Assembly (NCBI GenBank): GCA_963752285.1
Contig: CAVVXN010000001.1
Span: 128,001 to 192,000 of the forward strand
DNA length: 64,000 bases
Direction of reading: 5' to 3'
Origin: an uncultured Planctomycetota bacterium
GTDB lineage: Bacteria; Planctomycetota; PLA2; JAEUHO01
The translations under genes and the position numbers were made by a program. The notes under the pieces were generated by a model. It was not told where the DNA came from and ran no database searches. It saw only the letters and a program-made list of their open reading frames with translations. This document shows, piece by piece, positions 19,203 to 28,906 of this stretch; position 1 is the first letter of the stretch; the number at the start of each line of letters is the position of its first letter.

Positions 19203-20111
19203 ATGTCGAACTCGCTACGGATCCCGATGGCCTTTGTCGGCGCGGCCCTCGCCGCGGCCTTTTTCGCGGGCTCGTCCGCGCAGGGCGACGACGCGCCCCC
19301 CCTCACGGCGCCCGGCACCTCGGCCACGGCGCCCGCCGGCCCCGCCGCGACGCCCGCCCCGATCCCGACGAGCCCCTCGGCCGCAAACGTCCCGGCCCCC
19401 GCGGCCGACGTCCCGAGCCCGGCTTGCCGGGTGGAGGTGATCCCGGCCCACACGCGCGAGGTCACGCGGCAGGTCACGCACCCGCCGGTGGTCGGCGAGC
19501 GCCAGGTCCCGGTCTACGCGCAGGTAGATGTCCCGACCTACGAGACGCGGCAGGTGCCCGTGTACGAGACGGTCCAGGTCCCGACGTACGCGACGCGCGA
19601 GGTCCCCGTCTACGACACCGTGCGTGAGCCCGTGTGGGGCGAGGCCGAGGTGCCCACGTTCCGCAAGGTCGAGAAGCCGGTCGAGATCGACCTGTGGAAC
19701 CCATTCGGATGCGACGACCTGACCGTGAAGCTCTGGGACACGACCGAGTGCGTCCCGTGTGGGACCGCCACCCAGTCGGCGGTGGTCGGCTGGCAGGAGC
19801 ATCAGGTCCAGACCGGAACCCGGACGGAGAGCTACGTGTCGGGTACGACCGCCCAGCAGGTGCTCACGGGCTACCGGACGGAGACGACGCAGACCGGAAC
19901 GCACCCCGAGACGCGCCAGAGCGGGTGGAAGACCGAGAGCGTCGTGCTCGCGCCGGCGCGCGTCGAGACCGTGACCGACCGCGTGGCCGTGCCGTGCGAG
20001 CGCGTGACGGTCGTTCCCGACGACCAGCTCGCCAGCGCCGTGCCGCTTCCGGGGACGACCCGGGTGATCGGAGAGACCGAGCTCGTGCAGACGCTCGCCA
20101 CGGCGCGGTAG
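19203..20111 (+). CDS. Secreted repeat protein (8-residue Pro-x-Tyr repeats and 9-residue Gly repeats)
   Basis: Signal peptide, Pro/Ala linker and clear periodic repeats; GGAG upstream. Confidence 0.75.
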   Translation: MSNSLRIPMAFVGAALAAAFFAGSSAQGDDAPPLTAPGTSATAPAGPAATPAPIPTSPSAANVPAPAADVPSPACRVEVIPAHTREVTRQVTHPPVVGERQVPVYAQVDVPTYETRQVPVYETVQVPTYATREVPVYDTVREPVWGEAEVPTFRKVEKPVEIDLWNPFGCDDLTVKLWDTTECVPCGTATQSAVVGWQEHQVQTGTRTESYVSGTTAQQVLTGYRTETTQTGTHPETRQSGWKTESVVLAPARVETVTDRVAVPCERVTVVPDDQLASAVPLPGTTRVIGETELVQTLATAR

Positions 20112-20374
20112 CACGCCGGCGCCGGTGGGCGCCACGTGCGGCCACCGGTAGGCGCCCGGGGCGCGGCGGGTCGGCCCGACACGGGCGGGCGGCGGTCGAC
20201 TCGGCCGCCGCCCGCCGGCTCGACTCGGAGGCGTCGATCCGGGTCCGTAGGCCGACACGCCGGGGTCCGCCGGGCTGGGTTCGGACGAATTGCTCTGGCT
20301 CCGTATGACTACTGGCTCCGTGGGGATTCGGCTGGCTCCGTGCGCGGAAGGACGGTATCGGTATCGCCTTCCGC

Positions 20375-21529
20375 ATGAAGGTGAAGCAGGCCCGCGAGGA
20401 CTTCGTCGTCGAAGAGGTGATCGACCTCGCGCCTCGGCCCGACGGCGCCTTCGCGCTCTATCGGCTCGACAAGACGGGCATCGGGACGCTCGAGGCGCTG
20501 CGTGTGCTCGAGCGCGCATGGCGGGTGCCGCGCCGGGACGTCGCGGTGGCGGGCCTCAAGGACCGCCACGGCACGACCTCGCAGACGCTGAGCATCCGGA
20601 ACGGACCGGCGCGCGACTACGAGGGGCGCGGGTTCTCCGTCCGGCACCTCGGCCGCGCCGCGCGGCCCGTCGGTCCCGGCGTCCTCGCCGGAAACCGGTT
20701 TCGCATCGTGCTGCGCGACCTCGGCGAGCGCGAGGCGCGGCGCGCCGTGGAACGCGCGGGGGACGTCCTCCGCCACGGGGTCCCGAACTACTACGACGAC
20801 CAACGGTTCGGCTCGCTCCGGGGCACGGGCGGCGCGTTCGTCGCGCGCGCCCGGCTCGCCGGCGACGACGAGCGGGCGCTCCGGCTCGCGGTCGCGAGCC
20901 CGTCCCCCGAGGACCGCGGACGGATCCGCGCCCGCCGCCGTCTGCTCTCGGAGCGCTGGGGCGCGTGGGGAGACCTGGCGCGGCGCCTCGAGCCCTCGCT
21001 CGAACGGAAGGTCGCCGAGCACCTCGCGCGCGGCGCGACCTTTCTCGACGCGTACGCGCTCCTCGACAGGAACCTTCGCGCGCTCCACCTCGGCGCGTGG
21101 CAGGCCCACGTGTTCAACGAAGGGCTCCGCCGCCACGTCCCGCCGGGTGGACCCTCGTCGCCGGGCGCCGACGGCCCGTACGCGTTCTACGACGGACCGC
21201 CCGGCGCCCTCGCGACGGAGCGCGTCCCGCTCGCGCACACGCGCGCCGAGTCGCACCCCTGGCTCGACGAGGTGCTCGCCTCGGAAGGCGTGGACCGCGC
21301 GGCGCTCGCGCGCCTCCCCTTCCGGCGCGGGCTCCGCGCGGCGGTCCTCGTGCCCCGCGAGGTGGAGACGGGCGCGCCGATTCCCGACGACCACAACCCC
21401 GGGCGCCTCGCGCTCTCCCTCGCGTTCGTGCTCGGTCCCGGCTCGTACGCGACGATGATCGTGAAGCGGCTCACGTTCGACGTCCCTCCGCGCGGTCGCG
21501 CGCGTCGTCGGCACGGCCGGGGCCGCTGA
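20375..21529 (+). CDS. truD: tRNA pseudouridine(13) synthase
   Basis: EDFVVEE, AGLKDRHGTTSQ, GNRFRIVLR, PNYYDDQRFG and GSYAT motifs. Confidence 0.92.
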   Translation: MKVKQAREDFVVEEVIDLAPRPDGAFALYRLDKTGIGTLEALRVLERAWRVPRRDVAVAGLKDRHGTTSQTLSIRNGPARDYEGRGFSVRHLGRAARPVGPGVLAGNRFRIVLRDLGEREARRAVERAGDVLRHGVPNYYDDQRFGSLRGTGGAFVARARLAGDDERALRLAVASPSPEDRGRIRARRRLLSERWGAWGDLARRLEPSLERKVAEHLARGATFLDAYALLDRNLRALHLGAWQAHVFNEGLRRHVPPGGPSSPGADGPYAFYDGPPGALATERVPLAHTRAESHPWLDEVLASEGVDRAALARLPFRRGLRAAVLVPREVETGAPIPDDHNPGRLALSLAFVLGPGSYATMIVKRLTFDVPPRGRARRRHGRGR

Positions 21530-21531
21530 CG

Positions 21532-22773
21532 ATGGACGTGTGGATCGTCCTCGCGCTCGGGGCCCTGGCGGCCTGGGTGTTCCTCGCCCTCGATCCCGGC
21601 CGGCGCTGGCCGCGCGCGTGGCCGCAGCGATCGCTCGAGCCGGAGCCCCCCGAGGGGGAGGACGTCGCGGCGATCCTCCCCGCGCGAAACGAGGAGGAGA
21701 TGCTGCCGAAGACGCTCCCGAGCCTCCTCGCACAGTGGCCGCCGCTCCGCCGCGTGGTCGTCGTGGACGACCGCTCGTACGACGAGACGCTCCACGTCGC
21801 GCGCGCGATCGCGAGCCCCCGCGGCCCGGTCCGGCCGGAGCTGAGCGGGATCCGTCGTGAGGACGACCTCCCGGGATGGGCGGGAAAGGTCGCGGCCCAG
21901 GCCGCGGGACGCGCCGCGCTCGAGCGGGGTTGGTGCGCGCCGCCGGCTTCGCGCTGGATCCTGCTCGTGGACGCCGACATCGCGCTCGGCCCCTGCGTCG
22001 TGGACGACCTCGTCGCCCGCGCCGAGAACGGCGAACGCGACCTGGTGAGCGCGATGGCCCGGCTCCGGACGGAGTCGTTCGCCGAGAAGCTCCTGATCCC
22101 GCCCTTCACCTGGTTCTTCCACCACATGTACCCCTTCCGGCGCGTGGCGGACGCGCGCTCACGCGTGGCGGCGGCGGCGGGCGGGCTGATCCTCGTCCGC
22201 GCCGAAGCCCTCGACCGCGCGGGCGGCTTCGAGGCGTGGCGCGACGCCCGGATCGACGACCTCGCGCTCGCCCGCGCCGTGAAGCGGTCGGGCGGGGCGC
22301 TGGAGCTCGGGTTCCACGAGGGCGTCGTCTCGCGGCGCGCGTACCCCACGTACCGATCAGTCGCCTCGATGGTCGAACGCTCGGCGTCCGAGGCGCTGGG
22401 CCACCGCCGCCTGCTCGTCGTGCTGGTGTGGCTCGCCCTGCTCTTCCTCTTCGTCGTCCCGCCCGTGCTGACCGGGCTCGGCGCGGCCCGAGGCGACGTC
22501 GCGCTCGCCGCGACCGGCGCGGCGGCGTGGGCGGTCGAGACGCTGCTCGTCCTTCCCGCGACGCGATGGCACCGGCTCCGGTGGGCGTGGGCCCTCTCGA
22601 TGCCGCTGGCGGCGATCCTCTACGCGTGGATGACGGCGGTCTCGGTCTACCGCCACGCGGTCGGCCGACCGGTACCCTGGCGACCCGGCGGGGAGGCCCC
22701 GCACCGCGAGGGGCAGCGGCGGGTTCCAGGCCGGGGCACCCGCAGCCGGGCGCGCCCGAGGAGCCGCACGTGA
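21532..22773 (+). CDS. GT2 glycosyltransferase, HpnB-like
   Basis: ILPARNEE, VVDDRSYD, GWAGK, LLVDAD and IDDLALA motifs; C-terminal TM helices. Confidence 0.85.
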   Translation: MDVWIVLALGALAAWVFLALDPGRRWPRAWPQRSLEPEPPEGEDVAAILPARNEEEMLPKTLPSLLAQWPPLRRVVVVDDRSYDETLHVARAIASPRGPVRPELSGIRREDDLPGWAGKVAAQAAGRAALERGWCAPPASRWILLVDADIALGPCVVDDLVARAENGERDLVSAMARLRTESFAEKLLIPPFTWFFHHMYPFRRVADARSRVAAAAGGLILVRAEALDRAGGFEAWRDARIDDLALARAVKRSGGALELGFHEGVVSRRAYPTYRSVASMVERSASEALGHRRLLVVLVWLALLFLFVVPPVLTGLGAARGDVALAATGAAAWAVETLLVLPATRWHRLRWAWALSMPLAAILYAWMTAVSVYRHAVGRPVPWRPGGEAPHREGQRRVPGRGTRSRARPRSRT

Positions 22774-24725
22774 AGACGACCCGAACGCGCCTCCTGCCAC
22801 TCCTCCTCGTCGCGCTCGCCGGCGTCCTCGGCGTACGGTCCGCCGCGCCCGTCTGGGCGGCGCCGCCGCGTCCGGACGTGGCGACCGAGGTCCAGAGGGA
22901 CCTCGTGTACGCTCGCGTCGGCGAGACGGACCTCCACCTCGACCTGTACCGGCCGGGCCGCGCCGAGGGACGGCCGCCGCTCCTCGTCTGGGTGCACGGA
23001 GGAGGATGGGTCCATGGCGCGAAGGCCCCCTGCCCGATCGCGTGGCTCACGAGCGCGGGCTACGCCGTCGCGAGCGTCGAGTACCGGCTGACCGACGTCG
23101 CGATCTTCCCGGCGCAGATCCACGACGTGGAGGCGGCGATCCGCTGGCTCCGCGCGAACGATCGACGCCTGGCGATCGACGCGCGGCGGATCGGCGTCGC
23201 GGGCGCGTCGGCCGGCGGGCACCTCGTGTCGCTCCTCGGCACGGGCGCGGGCGTGGCGGCCCTGGAGGGGACCGAGGGGGACGCACTCGGCACGTCGGAC
23301 CGTGTCCAGGCCGTCTACGACATGTTCGGCCCGGCGGACATCGTGGACCTCGGCTCGAAGGCGCGCCCCGCGACCCCCGTGGCGCTTCGCGCGGTGTCGA
23401 TGCTCCTCGGCGGCGACGTCTCGTCCAAGACCGAGCTCGCGCGCCTCGCGAGCCCTCGGACCCACGTCTCGAAGGACGACGCGCCCTTCCTGATCGTCCA
23501 CGGCGGGAAGGACCCGCTCGTTCCCCTGGACGAGAGCCGTCGCTTCGACGCGGCGCTCCGCGCGGCGGGCGTCGAGAGCCGCCTCCACGTGATCGAGGGC
23601 GCGGGCCACGGGGGACCGGGGTTCCGGACCGCCGACGTGCTCGACGAGATGCGGGCGTTCTTCGACCGCCACGTCCGGCTCGCCGGCGCCGAGACGCCGA
23701 CCGGCGTCGCGCCGGGGAGCGCGCCGCAGCCGACGTCCCGGGGTGCGCCCGAGTCCCCGCCGCCGGCAGCGGAGGCCCGCGCGCGCGCGCGCGTCCGCAC
23801 GGCCGAGGCGCCGGGCCCGTACGAGACCGCACGGGCGAACAGCGCGCTCGAGGACGCCGCGCGGCACAAGACGCTCCCGCTCGCCGTGACCTTCCCGAAG
23901 GCGGCGGGCCCCCACCCCGTGATCGTCTTCTCGCACGGCGCGTACGGCTCGAAGGACGCGTACCGTCCGCTCGCCGAGCACTGGGCGAGCCACGGCTACG
24001 TGGTCGTCCAGCCGACGCACGAGGACTCCCTCTCGCTCGGGAAGCCCGTTCGCCGGCTGCTCGGGAACCCCTTCCGCTTCTGGCGCTCCCGCGTGGACGA
24101 CGTGCGCCTCGTGCTCGACCACCTCGACCTCGTCGCCGCGGGCACCGCGGGCCTCGAGGGCACGCTCGACGCCTCGCGGATCGGGGTCGGCGGCCACTCG
24201 TTCGGCGCGCACACGGCCCAGCTCCTGGCGGGCGCCACGACTACCGAGGGCCGTGGACCGCGCGAGAGCCACGCCGACGCGCGGCCGAAGGCCTTCCTCC
24301 TGATCTCGCCGCAGGGCCGCGGCGACCTCCTCGACGCTTCGTCGTGGCAGGACGTCCGGCGCCCCCTCCTGGTCATCACGGGCACGAACGACACGGGCCG
24401 GGGCGGCCAGCCGTTCGTCTGGCGGATGGACCCGTTCTCGCTCTCGCCCCCGGGCGACAAGCTCCTCGCGCTGGTCGTCGGCGCCTGGCACGGCTTCGGC
24501 GGGATCACCGGCAAGACGCCGTTCCCCGGCTCGGGCCCGAAGGACCCGGCCGAGGTCGAGGCGGTCGAGGCGCTCTCGCTCCTCTTCTTCGACGCGTACG
24601 TGGACGGCGACGCGTCGGCCCGGGCGGCCCTCGCGACGCCCCCCCTCGCCGGCGTCTTCGGCGACCTGGTTCGTTTCGCGTCGAGACCGGAGCCGGACGC
24701 GACCCGGCCCGGCGGGACGAGGTGA
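22770..24725 (+). CDS. Secreted tandem alpha/beta hydrolase (two esterase-like domains)
   Basis: Domain 1: HGGGW, GASAG, HGGKD, GAGHG. Domain 2: FSHG, GHSFG, TGTND, AWHG. Confidence 0.88.
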   Translation: MKTTRTRLLPLLLVALAGVLGVRSAAPVWAAPPRPDVATEVQRDLVYARVGETDLHLDLYRPGRAEGRPPLLVWVHGGGWVHGAKAPCPIAWLTSAGYAVASVEYRLTDVAIFPAQIHDVEAAIRWLRANDRRLAIDARRIGVAGASAGGHLVSLLGTGAGVAALEGTEGDALGTSDRVQAVYDMFGPADIVDLGSKARPATPVALRAVSMLLGGDVSSKTELARLASPRTHVSKDDAPFLIVHGGKDPLVPLDESRRFDAALRAAGVESRLHVIEGAGHGGPGFRTADVLDEMRAFFDRHVRLAGAETPTGVAPGSAPQPTSRGAPESPPPAAEARARARVRTAEAPGPYETARANSALEDAARHKTLPLAVTFPKAAGPHPVIVFSHGAYGSKDAYRPLAEHWASHGYVVVQPTHEDSLSLGKPVRRLLGNPFRFWRSRVDDVRLVLDHLDLVAAGTAGLEGTLDASRIGVGGHSFGAHTAQLLAGATTTEGRGPRESHADARPKAFLLISPQGRGDLLDASSWQDVRRPLLVITGTNDTGRGGQPFVWRMDPFSLSPPGDKLLALVVGAWHGFGGITGKTPFPGSGPKDPAEVEAVEALSLLFFDAYVDGDASARAALATPPLAGVFGDLVRFASRPEPDATRPGGTR

Positions 24726-24728
24726 ATC

Positions 24729-25526
24729 GTGCTCGTGAAGCTCGTCTCCCGTCTCCTCCTGCCGCCCGGAGGGCTCCTCCTCCTCTTCGCCGCGGCGTTG
24801 GTCCTCGCGTTCCTCGGGCGGCGTCGCCTCGCGCTCGTCGTCGCGGGGGTGGCCGGCGCCGCGTTCTGGATCCTCTCTACGCCGATCGTCGCCGACCGGC
24901 TCGTCCAAGGGCTCGAGGGCGAGGTCGGGGCCCGCACGATCGCGGATCTCCCGGTCGCGGACGCGATCGTGGTCCTCGGCGGCGGGATCGGTCCCGCGCT
25001 CCCGCCCCGCACGGTCGCCGACCTGTCCGAGGGCGCCGACCGCGTCCTCTTCGCCGCGCGCCTCGCCCGGGCCGGCAAGGCGCCGCTCGTCGTCGCGTCG
25101 GGGGGCTACCCCGCCTGGGTCGGCGCGCCGACGTCGGAGAGCGCGGAGACGAAGGCCCTCCTCGTCGAGTGGGGCGTGCCCGCCGACCACGTGCTCCTCG
25201 AGGAGAGGTCCCTCGACACGCTCGAGAACGCGGCGGACACGGCCAAGCTCCTTCGCGAGCGCGGCCTGACGAAGATCCTGCTGGTGACGTCGGCCCTCCA
25301 CATGCCGCGCGCGCTCGAGGCGTTTCGCGCGACGGGCCTCGACGTGACCGCCGCGCCGACGGACTACGCGGGCGTCGAGAACGCGCACCACACGGTGCTC
25401 GACTACGTGCCCACGGCGACGGCGTTCGAGCTGAGCGTCCGCTCGCTCCACGAGCACCTCGGACGACTCTGGTACCGGCTCCACGGGCTGCCCCGCGCGC
25501 CCGCGGACGCGCCGAGCGGCCCCTGA
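24729..25526 (+). CDS. YdcF/ElyC (DUF218) family protein
   Basis: DAIVVLGGG, ASGG, SLDTLENA and LVTSALHMPRA motifs; N-terminal TM helices. Confidence 0.9.
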   Translation: MLVKLVSRLLLPPGGLLLLFAAALVLAFLGRRRLALVVAGVAGAAFWILSTPIVADRLVQGLEGEVGARTIADLPVADAIVVLGGGIGPALPPRTVADLSEGADRVLFAARLARAGKAPLVVASGGYPAWVGAPTSESAETKALLVEWGVPADHVLLEERSLDTLENAADTAKLLRERGLTKILLVTSALHMPRALEAFRATGLDVTAAPTDYAGVENAHHTVLDYVPTATAFELSVRSLHEHLGRLWYRLHGLPRAPADAPSGP

Positions 25527-25570
25527 CCGGGTCGCCGCCCGGACGACGGCACGCTCCCGCCAGGACCGGG

Positions 25571-25879
25571 TCAGTCGAAGAGGAGCGACCACCAGCCGAA
25601 GAGCGCCCCGCTCATCTTCCCGCTGCGGCGCGCGGACGACACGTCGGAGCTCCTCCGCGCGGTCAGCCGCGACTCGAGCCGCATGAGGATCTGGTCGAGC
25701 TCGCCCCGGTCGAGCCACATGCCGTGCTCGTCGCACACGTCCACCGAGACGCCTCGGCGCGACTCGACGCGCATCGGCTTCTGGCAGAGGGGACAGGGCA
25801 GCTCGCGCGCGGGCTCGCCAAGCCCGCGCCCCCACTTGTCCGAGCTCCCCGGGAAATCCGAACCGATCTGGTCCTGCAT
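25571..25879 (-). CDS. zf-TFIIB-like zinc-ribbon protein
   Basis: CPLC..M....GVSVDVC..HGMWLDRGEL; GGAGG RBS. Confidence 0.8.
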   Translation of the reverse strand: MQDQIGSDFPGSSDKWGRGLGEPARELPCPLCQKPMRVESRRGVSVDVCDEHGMWLDRGELDQILMRLESRLTARRSSDVSSARRSGKMSGALFGWWSLLFD

Positions 25880-25966
25880 CGCCACCTCCCGCGAGGAGTG
25901 TAGCGACGCGTCTCTTCCCCCGGAACGGGCGCTACCGAAACGGGGACGAAGGGGTATCAAGGAGGG

Positions 25967-27532
25967 ATGCGACGCTGGCTCCTCCTCGTCGCCGTGGCCC
26001 TCCTCGCCTCCCCGGCCGCACGGGGAGACGCGGGTTCGTTCGTGGCGCCCTTCGAGCGGGGGACCGGTTTCGTCCCCGTGAACGACGTGGACGCGTGCGT
26101 GCTCGCGGGTCTCGCCGGCGCGGGGATCGAGCCGTCGAACCCGTGCTCGGACGAGGTGTTCCTCCGGCGTGTGTTCCTGGACCTCACCGGCACGCTTCCC
26201 GACCCGGAGCGCGTCCGGCGGTTCCTGGCGGACCCGCGGCGGGAGAAGCGCGAGCGGCTCGTGGACGCGCTGCTCGCGTCGGACGAGCTCTCCGACTACC
26301 TGACGCTCAAGTGGGGCGACCTCCTGCGCGTGAAGTCGGAGTTCCCCATCAACCTCTGGCCGAACGCCGTCCAGGCGTACGACCGCTGGATCCTCGAGGC
26401 CGTCCGCTCGAACCTCCCCTACGACCAGCTCGCGCGCGCCCTCCTCACCTCGAGCGGAAGCAACTTCCGGGATCCCGCGGTCAACTTCTATCGCGCGGTG
26501 CAGGCGAAGACGCCCGAGGCGGTCGCCGCGGCGGTCGCCCTGACCTTCATGGGATCCCGCTTCGAGCGCTGGCCCGGGGACCGCCAGAAGGGCATGGCCG
26601 CGTTCTTCTCGCGCATCGAGTGGAAGCGGACGCTCGAGTGGAAGGAGGAGATCGTCCTCCCCGACCCCGCGCCGGCGGGTCCGCTCTCCGCCACGTTCCC
26701 GGACGGCCGTGCGGTCACGATCCCGGCCGACACCGACCCGCGGCGCGTGTTCGCCGACTGGCTGCTCTCGCCCGGGAACCCGTGGTTCGCGCGCGCCATC
26801 GCGAACCGGGTATGGTCGTGGTTCTTCGGGCGCGGCGTGGTGGACGAGCCCGACGACCTTCGTGACGACAACCCGCCGTCGAACCCCGCCCTCCTCGCGT
26901 GCCTCGCCCACGACCTCGTGAAAGACGGCTACGACCTGCGGAAGCTGTTCCGCCGCATCGTCCTCTCCCGCACGTACCAGGGGTCGCCGATCCGTCGGAG
27001 CGACGCTTTGGAGGCCGCCGGGCTCTTCGCGTACTACCCCGTGCACCGGCTCGACGCGGAGGTGCTGATCGACGCGCTCTGCCGTCTCGACGACGTCGGC
27101 GAGGACTATGCGAGCACGGTCCCCGAGCCCTACACGATCCTCCCGAACACGTTGCGGACGATCACGCTCTCCGACGGGACGATCACGAGCGCGTTCCTGC
27201 AGATGTTCGGCCGCCCGGCCCGCGACTCGGGACTCGAGTCGGAGCGTGACCGCGACCCGACCGAGGCGCAGCGGCTGTACCTCCTGAACTCGAGCGACGT
27301 CCAGCGCCGGCTCGCCCGGAGCCGGTGGATCTCGCGCCTGGTCGCGACCGCCCCGGACCGGAACGCGATCGTGGAGGGCCTCTACCTGGCCCTCCTCGAC
27401 CGCTACCCGCTGCCCGACGAGGTGGAGGCGGCCTCCGTCTACCTCGACCGGGCCGACCTGACGACGCGTGAGGTCGCCCAGGACCTCGCGTGGGCGCTCT
27501 TGAACTCCAAGGAGTTCCTGTACCAACACTGA
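25967..27532 (+). CDS. DUF1549/DUF1553 domain protein
   Basis: CSDEVFLRRVFLDLTGTLP, NPWFARAIANRVW, NPPSNPALL and WALLNSKEF motifs. Confidence 0.92.
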   Translation: MRRWLLLVAVALLASPAARGDAGSFVAPFERGTGFVPVNDVDACVLAGLAGAGIEPSNPCSDEVFLRRVFLDLTGTLPDPERVRRFLADPRREKRERLVDALLASDELSDYLTLKWGDLLRVKSEFPINLWPNAVQAYDRWILEAVRSNLPYDQLARALLTSSGSNFRDPAVNFYRAVQAKTPEAVAAAVALTFMGSRFERWPGDRQKGMAAFFSRIEWKRTLEWKEEIVLPDPAPAGPLSATFPDGRAVTIPADTDPRRVFADWLLSPGNPWFARAIANRVWSWFFGRGVVDEPDDLRDDNPPSNPALLACLAHDLVKDGYDLRKLFRRIVLSRTYQGSPIRRSDALEAAGLFAYYPVHRLDAEVLIDALCRLDDVGEDYASTVPEPYTILPNTLRTITLSDGTITSAFLQMFGRPARDSGLESERDRDPTEAQRLYLLNSSDVQRRLARSRWISRLVATAPDRNAIVEGLYLALLDRYPLPDEVEAASVYLDRADLTTREVAQDLAWALLNSKEFLYQH

Positions 27533-27544
27533 GGGAGGCACGCC

Positions 27545-28906
27545 GTGTCCCGGAATCGGTCCTCGGCCCGGATCGGTCGCCGCGAGGTGCTCGCGAGGGC
27601 GGCCCTCGGCGCGGCGGGTCTGACCTTCGTCGGCCGCGCGGCCCGGCGCGTCTTCGCCGAGCCCCGCGAAGCGGCGCGCCGAGGGGCGCCCGCGCCGCGC
27701 GCCACCTCCGTGATCGAGCTGTGGATGTCGGGCGGGCCCTCGCACCTCGACACGTTCGACCCGAAGGCGGAGGCGGGCTCGGACTTCTGCGGCCCCCTCG
27801 CAAAGCCCATCTCGACGAACGCCGACGGCGTCCGGATCTCGGAGCTGCTCCCGCTGCTCGCGCAGCAGGCCGACAAGTACTCGATCGTCCGCACGATGTC
27901 GCACGGCATCGACGCGCACGAGACGGCCACGTACGCGATGCAGAGCGGCCGCCGGTCGAGCGAGAACGGGCTCGTCTACCCCGCCTTCGGTGCGGTCGTG
28001 TCGTCTTTCAAGGGCTACGGCCACGGGTACGAGGGCCGGATCCCGCCGTACGTGGTGCTCACGCAACCCCTCGGCCGCTTCGCGGTCGAGGGATTCCTCG
28101 GCCTCGACCACAAGCCCTTCGTGACCGGCGGCGACCCGCGGCAGGAGCGCTTCGCGGTGGAGGGCATCGTGGCCGAAGGCGTCTCGGACGCCCGACAGGC
28201 GGCGCGCCGTCGCCTGCTCCACACGCTCGACACGCTCGGCCGCGCCCTCCCGGGCGACCCGTCGTTCGAGAAGCTCGACCGCGCCGAGGCGTCGGCCTAC
28301 GAGATGATCCTCGGCGACGCGGGCCGGGTCTTCGACCTCCAGCAGGAGACCGCGGCGGTGCGTGACCGGTACGGGCGCACGACGTTCGGCCAGTCGTGCC
28401 TCGCGGCGCGCCGGCTCGTCGAGAAGGGCGTGCCGTACGTCGTCGTGAACTCGGGCGGGTGGGACACGCACAAGCGAAACTTCGAGACGATGCGCACGAA
28501 GCTGCCGGACCTCGACCGCGGGATGTCGGCCCTGCTCGAGGACCTCGCGCAGCGCGGCCTCCTCGACCAGACCATCGTCTGGTGGAGCGGCGAGTTCGGG
28601 CGGACGCCCCGCGTGCAGTGGGAGGAGCCCTGGAACGGGGGCCGCGGCCACTACGGTCGCTGTTTCTCGGCCGTCGTGGCCGGCGGCGGCTTCGAGGGCG
28701 GCCACGCCGTCGGGACCTCGAATCCCCAGGGCACCGACGTCCGCGAGCGGCCCGTCACCCCGCGGGACCTGCACGCGAGCATGTACACGCTCCTCGGGAT
28801 CGATCCCGACGGCCCGCTTCCGAACCCGCGTGGCCTGGACGTGCCGGTCCTCCCCGCGCCCGACGGCCCGAAGGGGTCCGGGCTCCTCTCCGAGATCATG
28901 CCGTGA
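27545..28906 (+). CDS. DUF1501 domain protein (Tat-like signal)
   Basis: GRREVL; GGPSHLDTFDPK, GQSCLAARRLVE, GWDTH and GEFGRTP motifs. Confidence 0.93.
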   Translation: MSRNRSSARIGRREVLARAALGAAGLTFVGRAARRVFAEPREAARRGAPAPRATSVIELWMSGGPSHLDTFDPKAEAGSDFCGPLAKPISTNADGVRISELLPLLAQQADKYSIVRTMSHGIDAHETATYAMQSGRRSSENGLVYPAFGAVVSSFKGYGHGYEGRIPPYVVLTQPLGRFAVEGFLGLDHKPFVTGGDPRQERFAVEGIVAEGVSDARQAARRRLLHTLDTLGRALPGDPSFEKLDRAEASAYEMILGDAGRVFDLQQETAAVRDRYGRTTFGQSCLAARRLVEKGVPYVVVNSGGWDTHKRNFETMRTKLPDLDRGMSALLEDLAQRGLLDQTIVWWSGEFGRTPRVQWEEPWNGGRGHYGRCFSAVVAGGGFEGGHAVGTSNPQGTDVRERPVTPRDLHASMYTLLGIDPDGPLPNPRGLDVPVLPAPDGPKGSGLLSEIMP

